NCBI GenBank assembly: GCA_951406725.2
Contig: OX597815.1
Location: 41,230,001-41,294,000 of the forward strand
Direction of reading: 5' to 3'
DNA length: 64,000 nt
Origin: Octopus vulgaris
Lineage: Eukaryota
Shown: positions 14,301 to 29,399 of the stretch, piece by piece
Layout of the letters: the number at the start of each line of letters is the position of its first letter
How positions within the stretch are numbered: position 1 is the first letter of the stretch
Program-made: the position numbers and the translations under genes
Notes under the pieces: model-generated
Database searches by the model: none
What the model was told of the DNA's origin: nothing
The model's input: the letters and a program-made list of their open reading frames with translations, nothing else

Positions 14301-16248
14301 TACATGTATGTACATATCACACAGATTCTCCTGTCATAGACAACAGATGACAGTTTTGCTATTTCTAGCTGAACAACCTGCAGAGAAGATTTGTTTAGTG
14401 AGAAATGTTTATACTCATTCTCTCCATCAAATTGACATTGCTTGTACAGGTGCAAAGTGTCTCAGATGTCAATGTGATCATAGAGCAATGTGGGATGAAG
14501 TGTTCTGCTTAAGAACACAATGAGCCACTTGGTGATCATAAGTGTAACACTAATCACAAAACCATGCACCTTCGTCTTATATATATATGACTAAGACTTA
14601 TCTTTACTAGAAATTCAGTTTTCCTCCTGTTAAATATAAATAGTAGCAAAAGGTAAAATGAGTTTGATTTTGTTTTGAAATCGTGACCAGCTGATTCATA
14701 TGAAAATAAAAAGAAATGCCCAATTTAATTCCAGAATTTATGAAGAGTCAAATTTTTCTAATTTGCATAGATATATTTTATTTTAACAACACCACATGCA
14801 GACATTACCATCACCTACCTTCCTTTCTTTTTCGCTCCAAACATCCTCCCTAATATAATATACATAAACAATTCCTCATGCCTTTTTCTTATGAACATTT
14901 TATTCCCAGTCATCCTCACACCACTTCCAAAGTCCTCCTTTCACCACACTAACATTGCCTATTGTTATATTACTCTGGCATATTTTGTCTACTGATATTA
15001 CTGTTGTCATCAACAATCTTCCTTAAAGTTACTATCATTAGCTTTTGCGAAATCGTCATGGTAATTTTAGCCAGCTCTATACTATATCTTCATATTCAGT
15101 CTTTTCCACATGACAATATTGTTGTCTTCAGTGTTCACTATATTATATCTGAATAATACCTTGCAACATTTCCAAAGTTAAATTTGTCAATCACAAATGA
15201 TAATGAATTTCCTCTTCCATCACTTAATGCCTTATTAACATTACTGATAACTGTTTCATTAATCCTGGAGAGATTAAAAGGTAAACTTGATAAAATTTAA
15301 ATACCAGTATTCTATATTTCTAGTATAGTATCCACTGTGTTTCAATTTTGAATTTCGCTTCTCCACCCTCAAAAGACCATCTCTTGTTTAAACAGATGAA
15401 AATCTATGTAATTAGTTTTTGTTTAAGAGAGCGAGAGGACACATAATTACAGATAAAACATTTGATAATAATAGTAATAATCCTTTCTATTACAGGCACA
15501 AGGCCTGAAATTTTGGGGGAGGGGGACGGTCAATCCCATTGATCCTAGTACCTGACTGGCACTTAATTTATCGATCCTGAAAAGTTAACCTTGGTGGAAT
15601 TTGAACTCAGAATGTAAAACTGGACAAAATGGTGTAAAGCATTTCGCCTGGCATGCTAACGATTCTGCCAGCTCGCCAATAAAAAAAAAAAAAAAAAAAA
15701 AAAAAATTGCAAAGCAAAATTAAATTAATATAAATTGATTATTCCAGGATAAACACTAAAATATACAAAAAAGAACATGAAGACGATATTCATTAAGAAG
15801 AGAGAGTTGAGTGAACAAGAGAGGTTTTTTTTTTCAAAAGTTTAAAATTTTATTCTGCAGCACATTGTGCTTCAGATCAGATTTATAGGTTTTACAAGAA
15901 ACTGGGATCAAATCCAAAAACGTATTGGAAAGAATTCAATGACTCCAGTTAACATTTTATGAATAAAACTTTCAGTCTGACTGTTTTTTTTAGCTTATAT
16001 TTAAAATTTTTTTTGTAGATTATATTTTTGTACTGGCAGGATCTCCTCCTCATGATATGCAGTGGAAACCATTTGAATTAATGCTTTAAATAAAACAATA
16101 ATTCAATTCAAAACTTGGAAAAATAAGATTTTTTTTTAATGTCATGCCTGTTCTCTTTAACTTAAAACCATGTTCAGTATTTTGTGGCATTGCTATCCCT
16201 TATTCTAAAAAGATAAAATAACAAAAACAAAGACATTGCCAAAAAATG

Positions 16249-16308
16249 AGAGATAGAAAGAGAGAGGGAGAGAGAGAGAGGGGAGAGAGAGAGAGAGAGA
16301 GAGAGAGA
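16249..16308. repeat. (GA)n tract, read as (CU)n in the probable 3' UTR
   Basis: Directly visible about 160 nt downstream of the stop codon. Confidence 0.85.
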
Positions 16309-16465
16309 ACAGGATGTTTACATTTTATGGAATATCCAACAGTTTAAATGAGAAATCTCAAGTCAAAACCATTCAGTATATGCAGGAATATTACAGAGCT
16401 GTTAAAATCATCAATAAAATTGCCAAGACAGTATTTCTGCTTATAAAACCTCACAAAACAGTAGT

Positions 16466-18771
16466 TCAATACTTTGAGGAATAGTAAGAATGATGAGGAT
16501 TATATGGCTCGTAAGGCCGTTTCAAAGGTGGAGCCATATATGGATTAGTCTGAGCATAATACTGATGCCAGTCCTGTGTGTAGGTATAAGCATAGGGGTC
16601 AGTAGGGTAAGGAGTGTTCCGATAAAAATCCCTTTCTCCTCTTCTTCTTTCCCGATAAGAATCTGTGGTCTGTCTGTGAATTAGAGGATTGGGTATTGGC
16701 TGTTCAAAGCGTCTGTTTAAGGAATCAGTTCGCCGACTGTTATCTCCCCTATGCTCAGCAACATTGCGAAGTCGTTCAGGTTCATATCGCCGAGCTGCAA
16801 TACCAGAAACAGTTAATATTGGGGCTCCCTTTGGTTCTTCATTTTGACAATCAGGTACTTCTTCCCTTTCCTCCTCCTCTTCTTCCTCCTCCTCTTCAAC
16901 TTCTTCCTCTTCCTCCTCCTCCTCTTCCTCATCTTCAGTTTGGGCACTACAAGTGCCAATGTCAGCAGAATGATTGGACTCTGTATTTTCTATGCTGTCT
17001 GTTGGTTTCTTGCTGTTAGTTGGACTGTCTTCAAGTTTTACTGCAGTTAAGTTCCGTACATTACTTACAGATTCCTGTAAGTCTGTGAGTGAATCTACAA
17101 TTGGCGGAGTAACAAGATTACTAGATTTCCTTTTTAATTTTTCAATGAATTCTCTTTGGTCATCAGGAAAATCTGATTGAGAAAGTACACGGTTTACTCT
17201 GCTAGTGTAGCCAGAGGCCCCATTACTGTTAGGAGAGGAAGACTGAGAGCTAGTCTTAGAACTCTGCATTGTATCAGTCAAAGTAGAAATATTGTCAGCT
17301 GAACCAGAATAATCTGGTAAAACAGAACAGTTGAGTCCTCGAGCATGAGGTGGAGGCCCCAAGTTTACAGGTGGAGGTATGCTGGTATCATGTGGGGGAG
17401 GTGGATGATTCATCCAAGGTAGAGGTATAGAGCAGGGTTCAGGACTTGTTTGACTCTGGGGACTGCTGTTATAACCATCTGGGTGTTCAGTAGTGTTACT
17501 AACAGCGCAATAAGGAGTTCCCATATCATGTTTCCACGGGCTTTGTGGAGCAATGGGATTCTCTGGTGGATGGAAAGAAGGGGCCATTCCAGGAATACCA
17601 CCAGGTAATACCATCTGGTCCCGCCTTTGCATATTGTTCATGCCATCAGGCGGTTGCATAGGTGGCATACCTGGCGGAGGAATTCCTTCTGAAGGTGGAG
17701 TAACCATTCCAGGCAGAAGACAGTCTGGAGGAGGAACTGGTGCTACGGAAGGGAGTGAGTCTGGAGGAAGTGGAGGCATTCCTGACATTCCTGGAAGGCG
17801 ATCAGGTGGAGGTGGTGGCCCCATCATTGGAGGCAGAGTTGACAGATCAGGTCGTTGTGGAATAGAAGCTAGTCCAACTTGCTCATGCCGTTGTGGAGAA
17901 ATAATGGGAGGTGGCATGGTGGGAGGGGGCGGGGGAGGTGCACTTGTGATGAGATTAGGAATATCATCAGAAGGACCACGTTTAGCTTTCCAGGCTGCCC
18001 ATGACTGAGCGGAAGTAGTCTGATTGTGCTGGGAGGATGAGGTTTGTAAGGAAGATTGAGTTGGTAGCGAAACAGGTCCTGGCCCCATAGGAGGTGGGGG
18101 AATCTGTGGAGGCATGGCAGGTTGGTTGAGATCAACAGAAGAGTCCTTATTTTTGCTGTCATCATATGAAGTGAATGGTTTCATTCCTGTATTCATTAAG
18201 TTCTGAAGGAAACTAGCAGTACTGGTTTTGGGAGACTTCTGGGTTTGATTAATGAGTTTGGTCAAGAAATCAATAGGATTTTCTCTCGTAGTTTGCTCTT
18301 CTTTTTCATCCTGTACAGGTGTACTTCCACCTTCATCATTAAGTGGAGTACTACTACCTTCATCATTTGACAAAGGAGGAGAGTTATAAGCTGGTACTCG
18401 ACCTGAGGAGGATGAAGAGGTTGAATTGTGCAAATTACTACTGGAAGGAAGTTTTCTGTGACTTGTTTTATGTGAAGAATGACTTGGACTAGTTGTACTT
18501 CGACTGGATAGCACAGGAGAATGGTCAAGCCAATCTGAAGTGTCATCTGGTACTACATCGCTACCACTTCTTAGGTGTTTACGGTCAGAATGATAGCGAT
18601 GTTCTTTCTTTGATGAAGAAGAGGACACAGGCGATGGTTGTTGACGCTGGATATCCTCTACAGGACTAGAAATATTGCTAGCAATTGGTAGATTTGGTAA
18701 CATACTAGCTATTCTTTTTTCCAAGCTGTTACATTCTTTACTTGGTTGGCTGACAGCAGAATCAAGTGGTG
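16466..18771 (-). CDS. RPRD2: RPRD2-like protein, large terminal coding exon (Ser/Pro-rich disordered tail with poly-Glu tract)
   Basis: Lies within the 775-codon ORF, with acceptor tttatcttttcAG at 18772-18773 and TGA at 16466-16468. Motifs LEKRIASML, STPVQDE and the C-terminal PPLKRPY...Y resemble RPRD2, which also has a long last coding exon. Confidence 0.88.
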
Positions 18772-21700
18772 CTGAAAAGATAAATGAAGACAAAAATAAT
18801 AATGAAAATTTGGTATCAGTCCATTAAATAAACAGAATTTGAAGGATGATCAAAACCAAACAAATAAAAAGTTTTGTTTTATTCATATTACTGTGTGAGA
18901 CTGAGATCCGTAGCCAAAGCAACTGAAGGCTCACTTAATTTTTGAATTAGAACTGATGATTAATTTGAACTTTTCAAAGTAAAGAATTTATTTTTCATTT
19001 TTCCAAGAGGAATCAGAAATGGTTGAAGTTCTTGACTTGGGCTTCACAAACACACCAACAACAATTACTGACTATGCATCATCTGCACTGAAAAGATTTC
19101 TAACATAGCATCAAACTATTTGTTGCAAAATAACTAAATACAAAATGGCTTGATGCATTATTGGAAACTTGCAAGCTGCTGCCTCAACCTGAGAATGATG
19201 AAAAGTTTGGATTGCTTCAGGAAGGAAATCTCTAGGAGTTCTTGCTTGTATGCAATATGTAACTTGGGGTAGTGGCACACTAGCTGGACTGTTGAAAGTA
19301 GCAATGACACCAATCTGAAATTATACCAGATACTATACTAATGGTCTGTTTTAGTAGATTTTTTTATAATAACAGGTGTAGCTGTAAGAAGTTTGTTTCC
19401 AAACCACATGGTTCTGGGTCTAGTCCCACTATATGGCACCTTCGACAAAGTGTCTTCTACAATAACCCTGGGCCAACCAAAGCCTTGGGAGTGAATTTGG
19501 TAGACAGAAATTGGAAGGCTTTTTTTATGTATGTGTGTGTATGTGTTGACATGATAGTTGTAAAATTAAGTGTCACTACCATACAAGAAGTGTTATTAAT
19601 TTGCAGTATTCTGCAAGAACATATCAGGGTGTGGGGAAATATTACCTTGTTTGGAAACAAGTGAGGGTTGGTAACAAGGGCATCTGGCCATTGAAATTTT
19701 GCCTCAATAAACTCCATCTGACCCATGCAAGCATGGAAAAATGGACATTAAAACTATCAGAATTACTACTTCAGCATTCTATTTTAATAGATTTTTTTTG
19801 TAATAACAACTATGTCATAGGTAGCAATTGTTTTATCTCCTATAAGATATATTTGCAGAACAAGATATATTTGATGTCGGCCAGTTTGGAGAAATAGACA
19901 TGAAATGTTGGTGGGTAAGATATGTGTATGTGTGTATATACACATTCAAAAAGAAAATAAAAATAAAGGAAAAGATATTAGTTTTCACTCCACCCTAATG
20001 AAAAATAGAAATAGTCTGAATTGAATGACATATCTATATCTCTACATAATGTTTGTATTTTATTGGCAACATGAAATCCCCTCTCAAGTGCAATGTATGT
20101 ACATGTGTATAACCTCTAAACATAACTGTATCAAGAAAGTATGTCATCAAACCAGAGTTAATTAATAACTAATATACCACTAACTGCTCTTTAATTCTCA
20201 CTTCCCACTATCTTCTTACTAAATTTACTTGAGCATAATGCAAGAAATTTAAAAAAAAAAGAAAAAAAAGTCAGACAAAATTGGCGGGTAGCATATTTCA
20301 GTGCAAAAATAAATGCAACCTGTGAAAATGAAGATAGCTCAAGAATCTAAAAACTCATGTATGCACTTAATTGCCTGCAGCTATGAAACACAATATGTAT
20401 AGCAAATACATATATCAAATGGCAACTGTTGATTCTGTTAGTATGCTGGTGGTGAGAGGTTATAACCTTCTATTGTTTAAATATGATTATTTAACTTAAA
20501 AGGTTATAATTTTTTTAAACACCAATGTTATATTTCTATGTATGCAAGCAATGAAAAATATTTTACATGTATAACATTATAATAATAAAAAGCATGGGTG
20601 TTAAAAAGAGATATATTGTTCATAGTACAGCCTCAAACAAATATGGTGTTAAGAGCAACATGAGGCTATGGAAAGAGAATGAGGTCTAACTGTAGAAAAT
20701 GCCAAGAAATAAACTATCTCTATCTCACTATCCAGAACTGGAAAAAGAATTGGCTGAATGGATGGAATATAAGAGGAAAGATGGTTAAATTGAAATAACA
20801 CTGCATAATCACAGGAAAGCTAAATCAAGAAGAAGGATTACAGTTATTTAGAGGATCATATGACAAATCAGACTGATTGTTTCTAAATGATAACCTCTTA
20901 TTCTATAAACAATGAGTTGTTTTTTTTCCTTAAACTGTACTGCAGCCTTCCCTCAATAGCTTTTAAGAAAACGTTACTGAGCAGAAAGCAGGAATCCCAT
21001 CCGTTTAGCTTGTGTTTCTGTATTTAAAAAATTTGCAGCAATATCATGTTGGTTTCTTAAAAAAATATGATCTATAGTTAGAGGTTATATTGTACAAGAA
21101 AAAATACTACCAACTTCTTTTTTACCTACAAGAGCGGAGTCATATTATATTTGAGATCATATTTTACTTAAGTAAATAAAATAGATTTCTTATCCTAGCT
21201 GTAGTGAAGTAACTCCTATCAACAGTGATCAAGCAAGTTCTAATCATCAAAACTGAAGGACACACTGGGTACATTCTGCCTAAATAAGAAAAAAGAAGTG
21301 GGGGTTGCTCATGGCAAGAGCACCTTTGCTTTAAATCTATTTGATCAGAACCAACCTGGAGTTATTAACAAATGGAGTATTTCATTAATGTATCATCAAG
21401 TAGTGGATGACTTAAGGGATACACGACTGTTCTTTCTAGTATACATAATGCTACCTTTTATACGTTTGTTAAGGTGACAGAAATGGTTTATACTACACAT
21501 TAGGTTTCAATCATCTATTTGTTTTTGCAACTGTTTTTCCAGACGAGTATGGGATGATCTAATGTATGATCACTGAGGCATTGCTTTACAGACAATTTTC
21601 CTGCCACAAACCTTTATTTGCTTTTCAAGAAAGGGATTTCTTGTTTCACGCATCTTTTGTGGCACAAAATTAGCATACAATTTGTTGACATGCTCAATAA

Positions 21701-23133
21701 TTTTCAGAGAAGTGCAAATGTAAACACACAAGCATCTCTCTCTCTTATATATACATACATACATATATACAATGAACTTCTTTAAGCTTTGATCTACAAA
21801 GGCTTTGGTCGGTCTGTGGGTACAGAAGACATTTGGCAAAGGTGCTACACTGCAATATTGAATCACAAACCATGTTGTTGGGAAGCGAACTTCCTAACCA
21901 TGCAGTTATGCTTATATCCAAGGTTTGATTTACATAGTTTTATAATTCTAATTCATTGCTCAGTATAACACTGCCATCTGGTCCTAGGGTGCTTTAAGCA
22001 GGGTTCACTCTATCACAAACATTCAGACTAGGCTTGTGGTTTGAGGATGTGAAGGTGCATGACCCAGTGGTTAGGGTGTTGCACTCATGATTGCAAGAAC
22101 ATGGTTTTGGTTCCAAGACCGGCTGTGTATACTGTTCTTGCGCAAAACACTTCATGCCATGTTGTCCCATTCCATTCAGCCCTAAACAGACAAGCTTGTG
22201 ATGAATTGGCATACAAAGGTGAGGTGGGGACACAAGAAAATCACCAGGATGGAGGTCTTGCAAGCCACGTTTTGTAGTCCGCAATCAAAAAGATAGATTG
22301 TACCACCCATACAGTGAATCCCAATTGATTGGGCTTAGTTGTTCAACTACAACAAAAGACGACGAAGGTCTGATAATGACTTCCTTCTTCCAAATAGTTT
22401 TGGAGGGCCTGGAATGGGTATTGTCTGCTACCCTTCCTCTTCTGACAAAGTAATTAAAAAAAACAAATTTTCAAGGAAAATTAGATACTAAATAGAATTA
22501 TGGTGATTATTATTTAAAGACATTGATTGAAAATCTTATTTTTAGAATCCAAAATTCATTACTATATAAAATACTTTCACAACCAGTGTATTACAGTGAG
22601 GACAGTTATAGAAATTATATTAAGGATTTAAAAAGAAGAAATATGTAACAAACATGTGAATACTGCAAAGAAGGATTAAAGTTCTCCACCCCCACCTTAC
22701 ATAAATTGAGTCTTAATTTTAATTCTTGATTACCGAAGCTATTGGGGCAGTTAAATATCATATTTTCCATTCCCTTTGGCAATTACTCCAGAAAAATTCC
22801 TGAAGCACTGACAAAGCCGCCTCAAATCATGCTTTGAAGTAGACATTTTTTTCTTTTAGAAAGACAAAATAATCAAGCATATGTCATCAAAAAATGAATG
22901 CTTTTGGTAAAATTTCATTTCATTAGAAACAATTATGATGTGAAATATGTAGGACTATATAGCTAGAGCTCTATTTAAGACTCTCCAGTTATGTTTTTAA
23001 AACAATTCAACACTAAACACAGCCGTGAAATGTAGCTGTAGAAAGAAAATAAAGCATAAGTAAACACACACACTGTACCGTTTAAAATTTTTCAGAAAAA
23101 GTTCTAGCAAGATATAGTATAAATAATACTTAC

Positions 23134-23241
23134 ATTCACAGGATTCCTCAACATTGTCTTTCAGGTCTACAGTGCGGTTGGAATCAGGTGAGGGAGGAGG
23201 GACTGACGACACAGATTTAGGAGAAGCTTCAGCTTTTCTTT
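23134..23241 (-). CDS. RPRD2: RPRD2-like protein, 108-nt internal exon
   Basis: Acceptor ttctttattatccAG and donor GTAAGT. Phase 1-1, encodes ERKAEASPKSVSSVPPPSPDSNRTVDLKDNVEESCE and joins the terminal exon in frame. Confidence 0.8.
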
Positions 23242-25829
23242 CTGGATAATAAAGAAATTAAAGAAAAGTTTGCATGTAAGTATGAGGTCATTGTTATTTT
23301 GGAAACTAAAACCTAGCTGTTTTGTTGTGTTTTTATGCAGTATAAATTTCTGTCTGCTTAGCTAAAAGTACGTTTACAAACTAGCATGTTAACCCTTATG
23401 AGAAGCCATCCAAGTCTATATTATGTAATGTGTCCTTCTCTTTTTAAGACATTAATAGAGATTCAGCAGCTATTTCTAGTATTTCAAGCAACTGCATAGA
23501 GTCAATATTCATTGACTATTTACTTGTGCCATACTGTATACAGTGCAATATGCAGAGACAACTGATGATGCAATTAGACTGGAGTAAACCCAGAATACTA
23601 GAGAATTAAGTTAACAAAAGATATCTTTATAGCTACACTGATATGGAGATAATGTAATTTGTTTTTGTTCTAGGGCTGGGTCCCTACATACAATAAGACA
23701 ATGTCTTGGGTCATGACCTTCATATTCTCAAGATAATATATGATGAGAGAGAAATGTAACAGTTTCAGCTGGGAATCTAAATTGAGTTGCAGATTACCAC
23801 ATTGCAGTATCAGCTGTTATGTGCAATAAAAATACTGAGGAAGCTGCTAAAGCAAGCAATTAAATTTTTGCCATCATTAAACTTTATGTTCACTAATTTC
23901 CACATGTTGTAGGTTAATGAGGATATTTGACACAATCTCATAGGACTTGACAAGTTAATGTATAAAATTTTTTAACAACCGAGACTATTACAGCTTACAG
24001 TTTACTAACTGTAAAAAGTTTAGAATATGAAAGAAGTTTGATTTAAATATAAGGAATAAGCACCAAAAGTGAAAAACAAAACCAGCAAGCTGATAGAAAT
24101 AAATCTTCCTCAAACCATGTGCCACTGTCTTAATAGAGAAACGACACACTGATCCTAGATGTCTGAAGAAAATAAATGAGATGGTCATGGTTGAAATACT
24201 TTTGATCACATGTGTGTTTGGTCATGCTATAGGTTAAACAATACCACTAATCTTCAATTACCTAAGATGGTCTTAATCAAAATTTTCCTTAGATATTTTC
24301 AGCAGCCAAATCTATCCGTTGAACTAAGCTTTCAATTTTTCCAACCTAGACACATATTCCTTTACTATTTTATTGATTTCAATCTTTGGACCTCAGCTAT
24401 GCTGGAGCACCTTTCATCATTCAACAGATTATTAGCAAGTTCACTTTATCTTCTTGCAAAAGAAACACCTCGTTATACTTTTTAATTTATTTATCATGCA
24501 TAGATTACATGATGAGCATTAGCATTTATAAATAAAATCAGAACAAGAAAACTACAAGAGAAGTTCATTTCTTGATGAATATTAAAGCACATTTTTATTA
24601 ATTCTTTGAAATTAAAAGAAAGGCATCTGTCTATTATTTTATGTGAGTGATATTGTAACATGAATCTAATTATCTTAAGAAGCACAGCATGGTTACTATC
24701 ATTCAATTTTAATTATTCACCACAAAGAAAACAAGAACAAATTCACAACCTTTAATATCAATAGAGAATGTGAAAGTTGAGATGTCGCTTGTTAAAGAAG
24801 AAATACTTAAAAATGCAGGAATGTAAGACTAGGAATAACGTGTACAAATTAAACAAAATATTCAATTAAATGGGAACATGCCACAATTTCAATGTTGTGA
24901 TAAATGACAAGACAATAAAGAGATAGTAATATACCAAGAGATGGTTTATATATATTTGCATGAAGGAAGTCACACGATGTAACAGCTACAAGAAACAATA
25001 CTTTTAATTTAAATAGAAAACTGAAAGGATCCATCTCTTTAAAGAAAATGACATAACAGAGACATTTAAAAGAAAATCATGTTAATTAAAGGACTAGGAC
25101 AGTAGTTATGGTGTGTAATTACAGGTTATTAAAAAAATGTAATAAGTCAGCTGACAGACACACTAATCATGAAAGATAGATTCTTTTATCCAACAATTTT
25201 AGATTTTCTGTTTAAATAACAAAAGAGTTTTTTAAAAAATGCTAACTTATTAGTTTAAGCAGAATAGTGGTTAAAAGAAAATCTCCCCCACTCTTTTAAG
25301 TTAATAAATAGAATAGCTTCTAATTAAATGGATATCAACATGCATATTATAGCTGAATCTTCAATTAGAGAAGTATTTTAAAGTAGGTAAAAAAAATAAA
25401 TGGTACACTGAAAAACAACATCAATTATAAAAGATAATTTTTTGTTTTGTAAAAAGGCGGTTTCAAAATATAATAAAAAAAAAAAAACACTAAATAGTAT
25501 CAGTAAACTTATACTTGGTAACAATTACTTAGAGGAAGAAATACTATCTGCAATTTTTTTATAATAATTTAATTATATACAAAAATTTATTTCTCCAAAG
25601 TATTTTAATAACATCCCAGTTATCATATTCAGAACTAAATTCCTCTATTTTAACTAAGAATTTCTTTCTGTTGCATTGTGCTTACATATACATGCATCCA
25701 TGTGTTACACCTTTACTTAGGAAATTACTACTTACAACAAAGATTACAACAATATTTTGAGTAGAAGTGGGGAACTTATTTGCAATGAAATTTATTGTTG
25801 CAAAGACTGAGACATTGGTCCTCTCAAGA

Positions 25830-26430
25830 AAGTCTTCCTAGTACACTCTGCATGTTAGTGGAACATCACTGAGACAAGTGAAGTAGTTTAGGTATCTCAG
25901 AGCCATATTCACAAGTGACGGAAGGCAGGAGGCTGAATTAAATTCCAGAATTGCAGGTGTTGGCACAGTAATCTTCAGCATTCAGTCTTCAAAAGGGAAG
26001 AGATTGGCAAAAATGCCAAACTCACTACTTTTAATATAGTTTACATGACTACCCTCATTTATAGTCATGAATACTGGGTAACGACTGATAAAGGACAATA
26101 GCAAATGTAAGCGGGTAAAGCTTAGCAATCAGAGACTCTCCAGGTTGAGCTGCTACTTCTCTGCATTAAGAGGTCACAACTTTGCTGCTATGGGCATGTG
26201 ATTAGAATGTGACTAGAAAGAATCACAGATCTTTCAGGCCAAACCAACTGGCAGGAGAACTAGAGTAGACTAAGAATGAGATGGTTGGATAGCATCCATA
26301 ATCTCAGCTGATCATACTTGAGAATCCAGCAAGAAATTGTAATGATAGTTGCTTCTGATAGGACTCTATAGAGGAGGTGCTTAGACTGTACCCACACATA
26401 CCCTTCCGGAAATTGTAGGCAGAGCAGATG
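25830..26430 (+). mobile_element. Decayed RTE-like LINE fragment
   Basis: Remnants YLRAIFTSDGRQEAELNSRIAG, YGHVIRM and AKPTGRR...RMRWLDSI. Confidence 0.65.
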
Positions 26431-28122
26431 GATAGAGGGATGAACTATTGTATTTTTTACCTAATCAGCAAGAAGTGTTTCCTAAAACTTACAGAAATTA
26501 TAACAAAGTAAAGAGGAACCAGTTTAATATTTAACAGAGAGAGAGAGAGGAGAGAAAGAGTAACTTAGTTGGTTACTTTTCTATAAAGTAAATCTAAGCA
26601 ACAGAAGAGCTTAGAAAGCAGAGTAATTGCTTGGCAATGAAACCACAGTATTGATAGCGATAAACTGATAAACTCAGCCAACATGAAGATTTAACTCCTT
26701 CATGTTTATACTTCTAACATGTATATTTTAATCTTTGAAAAGTAAAATAAAATAATTTTTTAATGGTCTACTAAAATAACTTGAAATTCATTTATTTATA
26801 TTTATATTAAATAAGGGTAAAGGGTAAAGATCCCCTCCAGTCATGATGACCATGGGATTGCACCTAGAAAGTTACCCTCCAAGGCACAAGTCCAGGCAAG
26901 GTTGTTTATGGAAAACCAGCAACTGCCGATGCATACCAGCTTCCCCTCTCCATGCCCCCAATGTTGTCCAAAGGAAAGGCCAATACAGCTTGGCACCAGT
27001 GATGTTGCAACTTATTTCTACAGCTGAGTGTACTGGAGCAATGTGAAATAAAGTGTCTTGCTCAAGAACACAACACAACAACTCAGTCCAGGAATCAAAC
27101 TCACCACCTCATAATTGTAAGCCTGATGTTCTAATCATAGAACCAGGCATCAAGTATTTGAAATCCTACTCCAATGATACAATTCAACAACTATTTAAGT
27201 TAAACAGGTAAAAGATAAAACAAAAACCATAAGCTAATTGGTCCTTAGCAAAGCAAGTAAACAAATTCCTACTTGCTCCATATTTTAATATAAACCTCAA
27301 TTATAATCAAAAGCTAGTATAATGGGAGTTTAGATGCAGTGTGCAAGAGAGAAGACTGTGCGGTTTGGTCATGTGATACGGCTGAATATCAACAGCTCTA
27401 TGAAGTGTCAATCACTCAAAGTGGATGGAACTTGTGGAAGAGAGAAGACATAGGATGAAGTATTGAATGATGACCTCAGGACACTAAACCTTATGGAGGA
27501 GATGACAAAGGACTGAGTTATCTGACACCTTGCGGTACTCAAGAAAGCTTATCCTTTACAGCGGAAATGTTAATTCCGTTCTCCCTGATGAAGAGGTTTA
27601 GCCTGTAAGATCCCTGTGCCGGTGCCATGTTATAAGCATCCAGCACAAACTGTAAAAGGATTGGCATTAGGAAGGGTGTCCAGTCATAGAAACCAAAACA
27701 AATCAGACAGGAACCTGGTGCAGCTCTCCTGTTAGCCAGCTCTAGTCAAACCATCCAACCCATGCCAGCTTTGAAAATGGACGTTAAAGGATGATGGTGA
27801 TATAATAATTCTAATAAGAATTTCTGCAATTTTGTTTTTTATCACTATCATCCTAATAGGTACTTTAAATAATTTACACATTTAGAAAACTCAGTTCCAT
27901 ATAATGTGTTAGTATGTGATACAAACACTTAAAATGGGATCTTTTGAAAATTAAATAGCACACAAACTGACATCCAGATTTGATTGAGAAACTTGCATCC
28001 TAAGCCTGAGGTTTGGAGTGCAGTCCCAGTGTGGTACCTCAGGCAAGTGCCCTCTACTGTAATAGTCCTGGCCTGTAGTGTGTGTGCGCACACACACACA
28101 CACAAACACACACATATATATA

Positions 28123-29399
28123 CGAGGGGCGTTCAATAAGTAATGCCTCTGACCCACTTGCCGTTGTTTGATCTAGCTGCAATTATTCATATCTCTATAG
28201 ATTAAGTGGCAAATTACAGCTCCGAACTAATTGTGGTTTCTGATTTACATGTGTTTGAAATGAGTCAAGTGGGAAATGGAGCCTGTTGAGTGTCGAGCAG
28301 TGATCCGGTTTTTGTATTTGAAATGACGCACACCACAGGAGACTTTTGATGAAATGAAAGTAACTTATGGTGATGATGCCCCATCATATGACCTTGTAAA
28401 ATGCTGGCATCGTGAATTCAAACATGGTCGGAACTCTGTGGAAACAGCTCCCAGATCTGGTCACACCCCTTCTGCCATTGATGAGGCATCTGTCCGTCAA
28501 GTTGAAGCTGCCATTTTGGAAGATCGACGCATAACTATTCGCCAAATAGCCCATGAGGTCAAGATTCGTACCGGGTCTGTGGAAACTATCATTCATGACC
28601 ATTTGCATATGCAAAAGGTGTCTGCCAGATGGATTCCCAAGTTGCTCACACTTTTCCAGAAGCAAGAACGCGTCGAGTGCTTGAGGATGAATTTAGGGAT
28701 GTGCCAAGAAGATGAGTCAAAATTTTTCAAAAGTCTGATTACACAGGATGAGACCTGGGTCCATCACTATGATCCAGAGACCAAAGCCCAGTCAATGCAG
28801 TGGAAGCACCATGACTCACCTCCTCCAAAGAAGGCAAGGGTGCAGCCCTCTGCTGGCAAGGTCATGCTCACAGTCTTCTGGGACCAGGACGGAGTAGTGA
28901 TGACAGATTTCCTGGCAAAGGGTACCACAATTACAGGAGCCTATCATGCTTCACTTTTGAGGAAATTAAGAGAAGCTATCAAAACCAAGAGGCGGGGCAA
29001 GATCAGCAAAGGCATCCTCCTCCTGCAGGACAACGCTCCGGTCCACAACTCGCGTGTCGCCAGATCAGAAGCACAGGCGTGCGGCTATGAACTATGCCCC
29101 CATCCCCCTACTCTCCTGACCTTGCACCCTCTGATTTTCACCTCTTCCCAGCCATGAAGTTGTTTTTGAAAGGAAAGCATTTCCCAGATGATGCAGCCTT
29201 GATTTCTGAAGTCACGTCGTGGTTGGAGGACCAAGCTGGGGTCTTCTACGAAAACGGTCTCCAGAGCTGCATCAAACGATGGGAGAAATGCGTAACTCTG
29301 GGTTGTTTCTATGCTGAAAAAGACTAATACCTGTGCCAAGTTTCGTTGCTCTACTGCTATGGGAAGTGGGTCAGGGGCATTACTTATTGAACGCCCCTC

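Noticed and set aside
15849-15854. AATAAA polyadenylation signal on the minus strand
   Set aside because: The position is plausible, but the hexamer is too frequent in this AT-rich DNA to call without transcript data.
16490-18546. Several overlapping ORFs, including a Gly-rich 151-aa ORF on the plus strand
   Set aside because: They are antisense or alternate-frame shadows of the Pro-rich terminal exon.
22734-22799. AG...GT-bounded 66-nt segment downstream of exon 23134
   Set aside because: It has stops in all three frames and a weak acceptor. There is no evidence it is a poison exon.
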